NCBI GenBank assembly: GCA_043228905.1
Contig: JBHGNT010000010.1
Coordinates: 20,522,001-20,586,000 of the forward strand
Length of the DNA stretch: 64,000 bases
Direction: 5' to 3'
From: Azolla caroliniana
Lineage: Eukaryota; Plantae; Polypodiophyta
Shown here: positions 1 to 12,885 of the stretch, piece after piece
How the letters are laid out: every line of letters starts with the position of its first letter
Position numbering within the stretch: the first letter of the stretch is position 1
Made by a program: the position numbers and the translations under genes
Notes under the pieces: model-generated
Told to the model about the DNA's origin: nothing
Database searches by the model: none
What the model saw: the letters and a program-made list of their open reading frames with translations, nothing else

Positions 1-1237
1 ATGTCAAGTCCGTAGTTATAATGTTGCATTTTCCGATGATTATTTTGTAAGATTAATGTTTGTCTCCATGACTTTTGTGATGTGCAGTAATGTAGCCCGT
101 GTTTGTTCAACAAGGTCTTTGGAGCTCTGTTGCAGCATATTTTCAATTAAAGCATTAGCTATGACAAGTTCGGTGCATTTTTCTTTCCATATTTTTAACG
201 TGTTGCCTAAATTCTAGCCATGGATATCTATCATCACATTACCTAATGTCAAAACAGAATATCAGTGGGCCATTCGGTATAATGGTAGTGTAAAGTTGCA
301 TGATAGATCAAGACCATTTGTGATCTAGTTTCATGACCTAACTGTTGGTCGTTGTGTTGGTCTTGAGACATCAAATGAACCTGTCGTTCAGGCTTAAGAT
401 TTACTGATTCCCTGATTCATCTTTATATTTAGCTTGTGTTGGATGTCTGTTGTTTGCAAAAATATGTTGATAATGATCCAGCTTAATTTAGGGTTAATAT
501 AAAACGTCACTATCATTTGGTGGTAAATTGAAGTTCCATGTTTGTATCTGTTATAATAGAAATGCTCAGTTTTCCTTTCATTCAGCATCCTACTTTATTG
601 GCCATTTCATTGTCCATTCCATGTTATTTGTGGCTTACAATTTGATTCTATATTTTTCATTGGGGTATAATAAAAGTTCAATTGGGTTCATAAAAGTTCT
701 AAATACATGCATTTTTCCTTTTGTCAATGAAGGTTATTGACCGAAATAGAAACATCATGAAGTAGAATTTTATGTGCAACCTTCCTTTTCATGGGATGTA
801 TTTTTAAGTCATGTCCCCGTATCATATGACAGATTTCTACCAATGGCAATCTCATCATTTGCGTAATAAGTTTTTGTTATTTATTGAGAAATATCTTCAG
901 ACGTTTTTGTAAGTTGACATGAATGATTTTGTAGAAAATGTTGCCTATTGCTTTTATTATTTCCTATTGTGTAAACATTATAGATAGTTGATTAACAAAT
1001 AGAAATCTATAGCGTTCACAAAAAGGCCAATCTTTATTCATGGAACACAAGTTTTCTTGATATGTGGTAAACTGAATAAACCCCATGCAAAATAAACTCA
1101 CTTTTCATTATAGAAAGAGGCTATTTCAAAGTTTGGTAATTGACCATGCTTTTGTGCAATTTTCATCATAGAATTTAGGACAAATGAACTATTGAGTCCT
1201 ACATGGCCCTGGCCCTGGCCCTGGCCCCCCACATATA

Positions 1238-1521
1238 GTGGAGTAATTATTACAATGTACATTTGATGTAGCTTTAGCCTAAGTGGATCATTTATGTTGT
1301 GACATATTGGGAATGGCAACAACTTATGCTATATAAAATCAAATAAATTATGGATTCTATTCCAAAACTTTGTTGCCCCCTATAGCAGGGTAATTCTTAC
1401 AATAAACATTTGATGTAGTTTTAGCATCAGTGGATCATTTCTTGTGTGATATATTGAGAATGGCAACAACTTATGCGATATAAAATTAAATAAGTTATGA
1501 ATTCTATTACAAAACTTTGTT
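1238..1521. repeat. Diverged tandem duplication (~150 bp unit)
   Basis: gtaattattacaatgtacatttgatgtagc...tattccaaaactttgtt (~1242-1374) recurs as gtaattcttacaataaacatttgatgtagt...tattacaaaactttgtt (~1390-1521). Confidence 0.85.
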
Positions 1522-4500
1522 AGTTGTTGGTAAGATGTAGTGTTCAATTGTGCCATTTCATTGACTTCATTCTCGTGCTTATAAGTAGAAAGTCAATGAC
1601 TCACAAGTTGCAAAGGTTGATCGACAATAGCTCAAGAGATTCTTATTACTAGTTGTAAGTTGTATGAACAATGATGAGTGATGAGAATCATCCTTGTTAA
1701 TTGCTACTAGCTAGGAACCTACATCGTAGATCATCCACACAATATAAATATGCATCTTATTACCATGATTGTTATTGCACATGTCATGTTTTGTTTTGGA
1801 CAGCTTTTAGTTGCTTGCTTTAGGACCATAGACCTATTTCCTCCCCATTCTTGTTGAAGGGTGAAAGTTTTCCATTTGTCTCCTATGACTCTTTCAAAAA
1901 TGTTGTTACATGCAATGTGATATTTAAAAGGGCTTGGATGGTTGGAATGTTGTCAAATCCTATCATTGTACACCATGCTAACCTTTGTTTTCAATGTATA
2001 ATTTGATTACAAAATCAAATGATACATCCTTAAGATTTATATGCTTTGTCGAGCCATCTTTGTCTCATCTTTCGTATCCTAAGAACTTATCATGAAATTA
2101 GAACTCTCGAGGCCTTTCAAATGTTATGCTTCATCAAAACTTGTCTGACAACAAAAGCTATTAGAGTTATTTCAATCAAGGTATGGTGAGGATTAGTGTG
2201 TGGCTAATTTTTCCCATTTAGAGTACACATGAAAAAGTACAACTTCACTATTTCAAGCCTTAACCCTAATAAATGTCCACGTCCTTGAGCATTAAAACTC
2301 TTTTATGTAACAATGAGCATAGAACTCAAGCATATACCTCCTATTCTATTGAGCCTTTAGGTATCACTATCAAATTCGGTATGTTATGTGGCCGAAAATT
2401 TTATAAATATAAAATAGTTATCATGCTAATACCAATATCTACCATCAAACAAGAAAGAATAGATTTGCTATATTGAACATGCTATATGGAAACACAAGTC
2501 TATGTGCCTCCCAATATAAAGACTAGGTATGTATTTGAAAACCCAATTTAGCTACCTAATGCTAGATAGTTAATAATGATCATATTCTTTGTCATTGGCA
2601 TATTATATCAATGTAGTGGGAAGACTAACTAGAGGGTCATGAAAATTTGATATCAATAGACAGTGTAGCAAGCAACAATAGTTGTATTTGATGCTCAATA
2701 TAGAATGATGTCAAATCGTCTACATCAACTTGTTATGGAATTTGTAACAATACAATCAATCTCAAACAAGAAACTAGTACCGAACTTTTGAAGAGACTCA
2801 ACAACTCAACATACTTCTACAAGCCTACAAGAGAACAAAAGTCAATAGGGTTTTATAGATTTTGATTTGATGGAAATCATAAACCCAACTACTCTAGTGA
2901 ATTCAATAGAATCAACCTCATTTAGCACATGGTTGGAGAAAGCTTAATGGTCCACAATTGGTTAATGTCAAGTTTGCTTCACAAATGCTTTGGTAAGTGA
3001 CAATTCATGAATGCTCCGACATTCGAAGAGAGCTCTCTATCATTTGAGTTAGATATCCTATTTAGACATGAACTATGTATATGTTACGAGTGTTGGTTCA
3101 TGGATTTATAAGTATAATGTTGCAGTTGGCACATGGATGCCAAATTCACCATTGGTTGAGGTGATATCCCATGTAATATAAAAATCCTTGTGAGTTACTA
3201 ATAGGATATGCAAATATTCAACTTTGTAGCTTTCACATATGTGTCAAATATCTAAGGTCTATAAATGTCCCTCTTGGTGACAAACATCAATGCCTAAACC
3301 AAATGTCACCACAATAAAATTCTAAAATTGAGCAAAGATCTTGAAATTGTGTTTCATTGTGACATGGTCACAGAATGGTAGTAGAGTTCTTTGAGACAAT
3401 GATTTTTTAACCACAAAAAAGTATTTTAACAATGTTGTTGACATACTCTATGATTGAAATAAGAACTTGTGTTAGTGCTAAAGTCATGGTCTAAGAAATT
3501 TGATGATGGAGATAGTCACTTGGATTTCATTTGTTTCTAGACATAGCAAATAAGTTTAACCTCCATAATTCAACTACTATGAAGCATTCCTTGTACTATT
3601 GATCAATAAATTCCTAAAACCTTTCTCGGCAACATAAAGTCCATGGGTCATTAGACTAATAATAATGTGGTTAGAATATGTGGATTAGGGTATTCATATA
3701 AAAATGTGGTTTTCCCAATTATGCTAGTTGCGCCAATACATTTCTAACGCATATTCATTGCGGTAGTCCCTACGCCTCATCTACCCATGACAATATAATT
3801 AATAGAGAATGTGGTGCGAGCATTGTGAGCACTAGGGGTTTTGATCACACAAAATATAAGGTAACATAATGTAGTTTATTCTTCTTGGCTTTTGCAAATA
3901 GATATACTAGAGGAATACCTATTAAGCTTGGAAGTGGATGTTTGAATAATTAGATATTCAATATAGAAACCAAAATTCTTCATTGACCCTACCAAGTTAT
4001 TTCTGAGATCGACATATTTCAAGATCAAGCTATAGTCATAAGATATGATCATAAATTTCTAGAACAAGCTCCATATATCCATAAATTTAGACTATCACAA
4101 AGAATGTGCTATAGACCTCCTAGTTGCATTGCCATGCATTGGTTGAAAGATCAATGAAGATTGACAAAGCATTGCCAACATTCTATATTTTGTATTGCTT
4201 AGTGAGCAAAAAACCAAGATTGGAAATATTATAGTCACTAAAAGTGTGCAGCCAAGTTCTTATTAGAGTTTTGATTCCCCATAAAAAGTACAAAACATAT
4301 AATAGACAACATTGGAGTGAACACAATATAAAGTAGTTCATAAATTGTTTCGCTTATTTATATGAATTAGAATGTAAACATGAAGAAGTTAATGAAACAG
4401 TACGCGGATGCACATTGTATTATAATCTCCAATATTAGTAATATAAATTTCATAATGTGAGGTCAATGTGTAGCCTTCCATTTAGGAGTTGACTAACAAA

Positions 4501-5237
4501 ATCCCTTCCCTTATTGATTTTACCCAATTGTAGTTTATTTGAGAATGTGTAAACATAGTAGTCTAATATTAGACTTAGTTACTACTAACTTGCAACCTAC
4601 CTTGGGGCGGGAATACTTCCCTGACATGAATGTATAGTAACCACGAATGTGTGCCATTCACATGATTAAGGGCAAACAATGTACCTTCCAATTGAAGTGT
4701 TGTTGCCCACATATGGTGTGAACAAGGTACATAAATCCATTTCATTGGCTACCAATTTACAAGAGAATATATCACATTAACTTGGCGGTTTAAACCCCTT
4801 TGGTATTCCTAAGATCAATAAACTCGGCGAATTTGAGGAATCTCTATATGAATGACTCCAAATCAAAGGCGCATTGATTGCACCAGATTGCGGAGATGTT
4901 GTAATGAAAACAACATAATGTAGTTGACATTGGCAAAAAAATGGTTTTGTTTTAAATATGGGGAGAGGCATTCTAAGTATGGGATTCTAATATATATACA
5001 ATAATACATATGTATAAACACGTTGTGATCATCAACATTAAGTTTTCATCATCATGCATTCTCCACTACCATGGGGTGATGGTATTATATATAGTATACA
5101 CATATAGAATTTAGGTTTTAAGTCTTTCCTTGCCAACTCAAACCTTCCTTATCTTGATCTCATTTTACTTTATAACATCTTAGGCTCTTCTTAAGTGCAG
5201 ATTTCATATATCTATTCTTGAAGAGGTTATCACCAAT

Positions 5238-5243
5238 CTCCCT

Positions 5244-5279
<36 letters not shown>
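5238..5279. repeat. (CT)n microsatellite upstream of expansin
   Basis: ctccctccctccctctctctct... run. Confidence 0.9.
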
Positions 5280-5281
<2 letters not shown>

Positions 5282-5793
5282 TTCACGACTCTCTTCATTA
5301 ATCATCCCTCTCCTAGTCACAATTATATCACAAGGGTTGGTTTAGCAATTTACATCTAAATGCATATAGTACCATAAGGACATTTTGGACTTTAACAAGC
5401 TATCAGAAAAACAAAAAGTGTCGAGTCTTTTATGCATAGTTCTATATTGTATATCTAGCTAAATAAATGTCTAACATAACTGCATAATTTGCTTTTCAAT
5501 TGCATTGCTTTTTCCATGGTTCAACATAACTAGTTACATATGAATTAGTCACGGTGTCTTTCTTGATTGCATTTAATTGGAATGAGAATTTGCTGCTCAC
5601 TTATAAATGCCCCCTACAATGTATGACATTGCATTTGAATACAAAATTTGTTATAATCATCATTCATGAACACGACAATCTTTCTTTGCATGTATGTCAA
5701 TATAATCTAGTGGGTTGTTTTTCTGAAATAATTAAAACTTTTTTTCCTTTGCCAAATTATGGACTAATGCTAATGTAACCACAGGTTACCACA

Positions 5794-7159
5794 ATGGTGG
5801 GACGATCACGCGACATGAAATTACTTGTCATGGTGTCTCTCATTCTAACAGTTTGCAACTTTAAAGAAGCAGAATCTAGTATCTCAATCCCCTCAGTGAC
5901 ATCAATCCTAGGGAAATTAGGTGCATGGAAATCGGGTGCACATGCAACATTTTATGGTGGAAGTGATGCTTCTGGCACAATGGGTAAGAGCTCACAATAA
6001 CTTACATGTATGTGTGTGTGATATACTATAAAAGACATTTGTGTACTTACTCTCATGATATGGTTGCACATGCAACATTTTATGGTGGAAGTGATGCTTC
6101 TCGCACAATGGGTAAGAGCTCACAATAACTTACATATGTGTGTGTGTGTGATATACTATAAAAGACAAATGTGTACTTACTCTCATGATATGTGAAGTTT
6201 CGTAATGTTAGCATGTTCACACAAGCACTTTTCTTGTATAGGTGGTGCATGTGGGTATGGCAATCTATATGACACGGGATATGGTACAAACACTGCCGCA
6301 TTGAGCACGATGCTCTTCAAGCTTGGATTGAGTTGTGGGGCATGTTTCCAAATTAAGTGTCGAAACTCGAAATGGTGTCGACCAGGAGACCCATCAATTA
6401 CTGTAACGGCAACCAACTATTGCCCACCCAATTGGTTCCAATCATCTGATGCAGGAGGTTGGTGTAACCCACCTCGAAGGCACTTTGACCTATCACAACC
6501 TGCCTTTGAGCAGATCGCAATATATCAAGCTGGCATAGTTCCTATCATTTATCGTAGGTAAAATATGAAACCAATACAAGAAGACTCAAATTTTTGTTCC
6601 CTTCCTAACATTTCTCAAAGGTAAATAAATGAATGAATGGTCAATGACTTGTAGTTACCATTTCTTTGATGATTTCAATGAGTGATTAGAAATTGTCCTA
6701 GACAATTCTAAATATGCTAGTAGCCACTTCAAACAGTATATCATTGAAAATTTGGGTATTAAAAATTCCTAACAATGGGTATAAGCATAAAGAGCTTGTG
6801 GTCTATAAATATTTGGAAAACTCTAAAAGATTGAAAATGTGTTAATTGAATGTAGGGTGGCATGTGTGAAGACGGGCGGGATTCGTTTTTTGATCAACGG
6901 AAACCCCAACTTCAACTTGATCATGGTGTTTAATGTAGGCGGTGCAGGTGATGTGAAAGCCATCTTTGTTAAGGGCTCAAGCACCAAATGGCTTGCCATG
7001 CAACGCAATTGGGGCATGAATTGGCAAATTGGCGCCGTCCTCGTTGGGCAATCTCTCTCCTTCCGTGTTGTCACCTCAGATGGCCGATCATGTGTGTCCT
7101 ACAATGTTGCTCCCCCGAATTGGAGCTTTGGTCAAACTTTCATTGGCACACAATTCTAA
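5794..7159 (+). CDS. EXPA: Alpha-expansin, 3 exons: 5794-5983, 6242-6557, 6856-7159
   Basis: Signal peptide; motifs [76 protein letters not shown] introns keep the frame and sit at the usual EXPA positions. Confidence 0.96.
5937..6192 (+). repeat. ~128-bp tandem duplication spanning the expansin exon 1/intron 1 junction
   Basis: tgcacatgcaacattttatggtggaagtgatgcttct..acaatgg|gtaagagctc...ctctcatgatatg is present twice with few mismatches. Confidence 0.93.
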
Positions 7160-7539
7160 ATTCCTAATTGCTATTTACCCTCATTAATCTTTGAAAGTTC
7201 CGTGGTACTGGGCCAAACTCAATATATGGTAATGATACATCTATTAGTTACCATAACTAGAATAACTCACAATTATGGAGTTCTTTTGCAACCAATTGTT
7301 GTTGTACTCACAAGCTCCTCTTGTATATGAAATCCACCAAGTTGTGATGTAAGGTTTATGATGACTAGCTTCATTTATGATTGTGCAACTTCATTAAAGT
7401 TTTCATTTAGAAAGCAATATTAACAAGACAGTTTCATTTGAAATGGCTGTATAGGATTGAACAGAAAATTGTATTTTTAATTGATGAAAGTTCTATATAA
7501 AAAGGGGTTTTCAAAGAAGATTATTCTATTTAGATGGTT

Positions 7540-8060
7540 GATTGTTCATTATGCGCTTCTTGTTAGGATTTGGATGTATTATAAAGAAGTGGATAAAATA
7601 TGTGATTTTTTTGGGTTAGAAGTGGGGTTGCTTCATCACCTATTCTGGAGTCGATATTAAGGGTGAGCTACAAGATTATGAAAAAGAAAAGGTTAACTTT
7701 GCATTATATACAAGAAGTCCATATGTTGAGGAAGTGTCGCCATGTATGCCTATTAATTTAGTCCAGAATGGAGTGGTTTGGGAGATGATTAGTTCAATAA
7801 CCATCTGGGTTTTGTGGACTAGTAGATGTCGAAGGATATTTCAGCAAATTCAATGGAATGTTGTGGATGTAGTCAAGGAGATTTGGGTGACCATGGTGCA
7901 TACACTAAAAGGAGAATATGATGTTATCAAAGATGATTCAGATGTAGTCTTTCGAAAGCAAGAGGTAAATTTTAAGAAGAGATGGGAAAGGATGAAGGTA
8001 TTCTGCATGGTTAATGGTGGTATACGTTGGAGGTATCAACCACCACTCTAGTAATTCCTC
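7540..8060 (+). mobile_element. Degenerate LINE-like (non-LTR) ORF2 3' remnant
   Basis: W-rich translation (TIWVLWTSRCRRIFQ) resembles the C-terminal IW..RN..IF region of plant L1 ORF2; interrupted frames. Confidence 0.4.
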
Positions 8061-8211
8061 CACCGACATGAGGTATGTGCCCATGTATAACTGTTATTAC
8101 TAATGCGTTGGGACATACATATGTCTATAGCAGTCCAAGAGCAGTTGAAAGGGACCATGGCTTTCGATAGAGAAGTGACCTTTCATATTGAGTGCATTTA
8201 CATAAACACGC

Positions 8212-8451
8212 TGTCGTGAAGAAAACCGTCCACAAGCGGAATCGGTGCGCCGGAGCGTAGGAACCGGCTCTTCTTGCACGTTGCGCATAAGAGAGAATGT
8301 TGTACATAGAAGATCCTAGGCAAGTAGATTAGGGAGGTAGGAAGTTAATAGGAAACGGCTGCTTCCTTGCCTATAAGAGGAGGGAGACGAGGAGGAAAGA
8401 AAGGATCGCGGAGAGTTGAGGACAAAGTGATGTCGGTCTGTGGGCGGAAGG

Positions 8452-8494
<43 letters not shown>

Positions 8495-8881
8495 CGCTCG
8501 CAAACTCCGTAGCTTCTTGCTGTGCAGGTTTCGGGAGGCTCGCGCTGCTCTGAGGAATGCCCGAGTGCTTCCGGCAGCACCTCCAACCTACTCCTTCCTT
8601 TCTGTGCGTTTACGAACAGGCATCGGCATCTGTTCGCCGGCCTGTTCGATTGTAACCGACTTCGTGCTTCTTGTTGTTTGTCTTGTGTATATAATTTTAC
8701 ATACATTCGTGTCTCTCTGTGTCGCTGTCGCACTCGCGTCTTTGTGTCGAAGGGCCGTGTCCCTGTGAATCTACGTTCGCACCTTGTGGGTCTCTTCCCT
8801 TCTCCTTTTCTCTCTTGCTCTTCGGTACAAGACCCCCGAGGTCCCGCCTCGTTCCACGCATCCGCGAGGAATACCTCGACA
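8212..8881 (+). repeat. 5' LTR
   Basis: tgtcgtgaagaaaacc...atacctcgaca; contains a TATA-like cctataag and (CT)n; about a dozen mismatches to the 3' LTR by eye. Confidence 0.96.
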
Positions 8882-8885
8882 TCTT

Positions 8886-8903
8886 TGGTGAACCCGACGT
8901 GAA
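8886..8903 (+). other. Primer-binding site complementary to the tRNA-Trp 3' end
   Basis: TGGTGAACCCGACGTGAA, 4 nt after the LTR, matches the reverse complement of plant tRNA-Trp ...UUCACGUCGGGUUCACCA (recalled sequence). Confidence 0.85.
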
Positions 8904-8925
8904 AGAGGCGGCAGAAGAGCAGAAG

Positions 8926-11052
8926 ATGAAGGGGTCGGATCTTGCAGAGGCCATGGCTTCGGCCGTGGATCGGATATTGAGCGCACGCGAGGGCACCGGC
9001 GCCCTCGACAGAGCCATTGAGGCGGTCGTCGGTACGATCGGCCGGTTCAGCGGAAAGGATACCACGAAGTACTTGGCGTCCTACGGGGCAGAAATGCTGA
9101 TGCGGGACATTCCGGAAGAGAGGCGTCTTGCCGGGTTCCCTCGAGTGGCGATGCCGAGCATCCATGTGGAGGTGCTCGAGGTACGGGCGGGGAGCCGTAC
9201 CTGGGAGGAGTTCGAAGGCCGGCTCCTAGAAAAATACGGGCTGGACGACGCGCTCCGGCTTTCGAAACGGGACTTCATGGAATGGGTGGAGTCCCCCGGC
9301 AAGGGAAGAAACGCGTCGGCACTCCTCCGGGAGTTCGAAGAACGCTTTGCGCGCCTTTCGGCGCTTGACCGAACCGTTCTGGATACGAGCCGGGTCCTAC
9401 TGTTCGTCAAGTCGGTGGACAAGCGGGACCGGGATCAAGTCGGCTCCTTGCTCGAAACCGAAGACGGGCTGACAACCGACTGGGCTGCGGTTAAGAGAGT
9501 CTGTGGCCGTTTCGACAAACGACGAGAATGGGCTGACAACGGGGCGGCCGATGCGGGCTCTGTCACAGCAAGGAGGCTTGAACCGGCACCGCAAGTGCGA
9601 AGGGAAGAAACCCGGGAATGGCTCGAAACCGGTCCGGCTTCGACTGGCATAATCAATGGCTCGTCCGGAGGAGCAGCGCTGGAGGAGTTGACGCGGGCGA
9701 TAAAGGATCTCCAGATAGCCCAGACTCGAAGGGAAGGCGGCGAACCGGCTCGTGACCGACGGCCGGCAGCAGGGAACAGGTGCATGTGGTGCGACGAGGT
9801 CGGCCACATTCGAAAGGACTGCGGCGATTTCGCAGAGGCGTTGAGGAACCGGGTGGTGTACCTGTGGGAAGGCCGGGTGCACGCCGGCGACACCAGAAGG
9901 GCCCTAAACCGAAACGACGGGCAAGGAGGTATGAAGAGACTGATGGAAGAGGCAGTGGCCCGACACGTGGAGGCCATCCACTACTCGGCGTCGGCCGGCA
10001 TTCGGGTTGGGGGCAACGAGGCCCGAAAGGAGAGCAAAGACGAATTCTGGTCGGCAATGCTGGAAGGCCTCGCCAGCGCACGGTTGAGGAAGGATGAAAC
10101 AGACCGCGCTGAGAGACGGGTCCGGGAAATAACCGGGTGGAGCAACCCGGTCGAGGAGAAGACGGGCTTCGTAGAAGCCGCCTGCTGGAACTACGAGGCT
10201 CTGGTAGAAGACAAACGAGTGGGGAAAGCCGAAGCGGCCGGGCCCTCACAACGATACGAGACCCGATTCGGGCAACGACGGAACGATGCCGATGGGTCCA
10301 GCTCGCAAGATAACCCCAGGAAGGGTGGATACCGACTGGGGACGGAAATAGAAAGGACTACAGACCTACGAAAGGTCCTAGAAGAACGGATCCTCGATAA
10401 CAAAGTGGAGCTGTCATTGCGGGAGGTGCTAGGGATCGCCAAGAAGGAGTTCCACGACTCCATTGTGGACCTGGTGAAACGGAAGAGGCTGTCGACGGAG
10501 ACGGAACCGGAGGGACCGGTGGAGGTGCGGACGACGCACATCGACGACATGGCGCTGAAAGATGAGTGGGCGGAGAGCCACTATTCAAGGCCGCACTGGG
10601 CCCGAGCGACCACGGAGACCCCGGTGAAGCTCGGAGATGTTCAGGAACCGGTGGTGGCATTGGTGGACCACGGTTCGGAAATAAACCTGATGTCCATGGA
10701 CTTCTATAAGAAGGGAAAGTGGCCGATCAACAGCAAGCACGGGTGGAAGATACGGGCGGCGACGCGCGCCACCGAGGAACTGCACGGGGCCTGCCCGAAT
10801 GTGCGAGTCAAGATCGGCGACGTCGAGATTGACCAGCACTTCTTCGTACAGGAGACGTCCTCGCACCCGGTCATATTAGGGGAACCATACATCACGGCAA
10901 CGAGAATGGAGACCAAAGTGCTGGACAACGGTTTAGCCTACGCGAGGGTCAAAAGCCAGGACGGGCGCCATTCGGTCCAATTTCTGACGGTGCGACCGAA
11001 CCATGAGCGAAACCGCGAATCCCTCGGCGGCGAGAACCGAGAGGATTTTTAG
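8926..11052 (+). CDS. gag: Retrotransposon Gag-protease polyprotein
   Basis: First ATG after the PBS; CCHC knuckle CMWCDEVGHIRKDC; aspartic protease ALVDHGSEIN...VILGEPY. Confidence 0.88.
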   Translation: MKGSDLAEAMASAVDRILSAREGTGALDRAIEAVVGTIGRFSGKDTTKYLASYGAEMLMRDIPEERRLAGFPRVAMPSIHVEVLEVRAGSRTWEEFEGRLLEKYGLDDALRLSKRDFMEWVESPGKGRNASALLREFEERFARLSALDRTVLDTSRVLLFVKSVDKRDRDQVGSLLETEDGLTTDWAAVKRVCGRFDKRREWADNGAADAGSVTARRLEPAPQVRREETREWLETGPASTGIINGSSGGAALEELTRAIKDLQIAQTRREGGEPARDRRPAAGNRCMWCDEVGHIRKDCGDFAEALRNRVVYLWEGRVHAGDTRRALNRNDGQGGMKRLMEEAVARHVEAIHYSASAGIRVGGNEARKESKDEFWSAMLEGLASARLRKDETDRAERRVREITGWSNPVEEKTGFVEAACWNYEALVEDKRVGKAEAAGPSQRYETRFGQRRNDADGSSSQDNPRKGGYRLGTEIERTTDLRKVLEERILDNKVELSLREVLGIAKKEFHDSIVDLVKRKRLSTETEPEGPVEVRTTHIDDMALKDEWAESHYSRPHWARATTETPVKLGDVQEPVVALVDHGSEINLMSMDFYKKGKWPINSKHGWKIRAATRATEELHGACPNVRVKIGDVEIDQHFFVQETSSHPVILGEPYITATRMETKVLDNGLAYARVKSQDGRHSVQFLTVRPNHERNRESLGGENREDF

Positions 11053-12885
11053 AGAGGGTTGCCAAGGCGTGGGGCCGAGACAGTCCGGACACTCGGGAAA
11101 GACCCCACAGCTGTACGATAGAACCGAAACCGAAGAAGCCTTGTACGATAAGCAGGAAATTTTGCTTCTCTGACGACGGAGGATGTACGATAGTCGGCAT
11201 CGTTGGCCGAGAAAGGGCAAGGGCAGAGGAGCGACTTCGAGCGTGCGGAGTTCTCGGCCCGGACGAGGAAATCAGCGGAGCCGTGGAGGCGGTCTCCTTC
11301 GACGACACCTTGGGGATGCTGAGGAAGGTAGCCGGAGAAGACCTTAACGAAGACCGGACGATACCGGTATGTTCCGAAGAGATGTACGAAGTCATCGCGG
11401 ACTTCAGTTAGGGGCTCGAGTCGGATCGGATGGCCCGATTTAGCTCGAAGTACAAGACTGTGGACCAGAAGGTAAGGCTGGTCGCGGCACCCTTACCGGA
11501 GGGCAGCGAGTCCCGAATCAGAGGGGTTGCGTCGGACCCCAGTTTACGAGATCCGGCCTGCAAAGGACACACCTTCACCAACGGGACGCTCCGGGAGCTC
11601 AAGATCGGTGGGGGCGGGTTCCTATTGCCGACGGAGGAAGACCGGTTTCGGAGAATGCTCGGAAGGCACGGAAAGGCCTTCGCATTCTCACCGGAAGAGA
11701 TCGGGTGCGTAGACCTGACGATCGTGGAGCCGATGGTGATATTCACGGTACCGCATGTGCCGTGGAATCTCAAGCCGATTCCGGTACCGAGAGCTCACAT
11801 CCCGAAGTTGATGGAGCTATTGAGGCAGAAAGTCGATATGGGCATTCTCGAACCGTCAAGTGCCCCATACTCGAACCGATGGTTTACCGTACCAAAGAAA
11901 AACGGAACGATGCGCTTCATTCAAGACCTGCAGCCGGTCAACAGAGTGACCATTCGGAACGCAGGAATCAGACCGACCATAGACGAGTTCGCGGAGGCCT
12001 TCGCCGGAAGGTCGATTTACTCGGTCGGTGATCTATACTCGGGGTACGACCAGTTCCAGCTAGCCGTGGAGAGCAGAGACATTACGACGATGCGATCTCC
12101 CCTCGGCCTAGTGCGAATGTGTACCCTTCCACAAGGAGGGTCCAACTCGGTGGCCCACATGGTGAATGCAATGAACAAGGTAATGAGGGATTGCATCCCG
12201 GACATCACCATGCCATTTCTAGACGATATCCCGATCAAGGGGTGCCCGGTGGAAGAGAAGGACGAGACAATCGGGCCGGACGGATGCCGGCGATTCGTGG
12301 CAACACACATCGACGACTGCGAGAAGATGCTACAAAGGCTAGAGGATGCGAGGCTCACCTTCTCCGGGGAGAAATCGGCCTTTGGGCAATTAGAAATCCT
12401 GGTGGTCGGACACCTATGTGGACCATATGGCCGGAAGCCGTCTCCGGCAAAGGTAGAAGCCATCTCCGCGATGAAGACCGACTGCAGCTCAGTTACGGAA
12501 GTTCGGAGGTTCCTGGGGGCATGTGCGTTCTACCACATATGGATCCCGCATTACGCCCACGTTGCGGAGCCGCTATACGGGTTGCTGAAGAAAGGGCGAA
12601 AATTCGAATGGCGAGACGAGCACACGGAGTCGGTCCGGAAGCTGAAGGAAGCTCTTGCGGAAGCACCGGCGCTCCGGAAGGCTGTCTACGAGAAGGGTAC
12701 CCCGGTATACATAACGGTGGATACGAGCCCGATCGGGATCGGATGGGTCGTCAACCAAGAAGACAAGGACGACATTCGGTTCCCGATCCGATTCTGCGCG
12801 AAGGTCCTCAGTGAGCGACAGCGAGGGTACGCCCAGGTTAAGCGCGAACTCTGGGGTATCATTTCGGCAGTAAAGGCCGACAAGG
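11040..12885 (+). pseudogene. pol: pol (RT + N-terminal RNase H) in the -1 frame relative to gag; one in-frame TAG at 11409; truncated by deletion
   Basis: RT motifs FTVPKKNG-MRFIQDLQ, DLYSGYDQ, LPQG, FLDD; RNase H VDTSPIGIG...YAQVKREL. Frame is open from 11040 except TAG 11409-11411. Confidence 0.88.

Noticed and set aside
8719-8925. N-terminal extension of the 777-aa gag ORF
   Set aside because: It starts at a non-ATG codon inside the LTR; the first ATG after the PBS (8926) is more plausible
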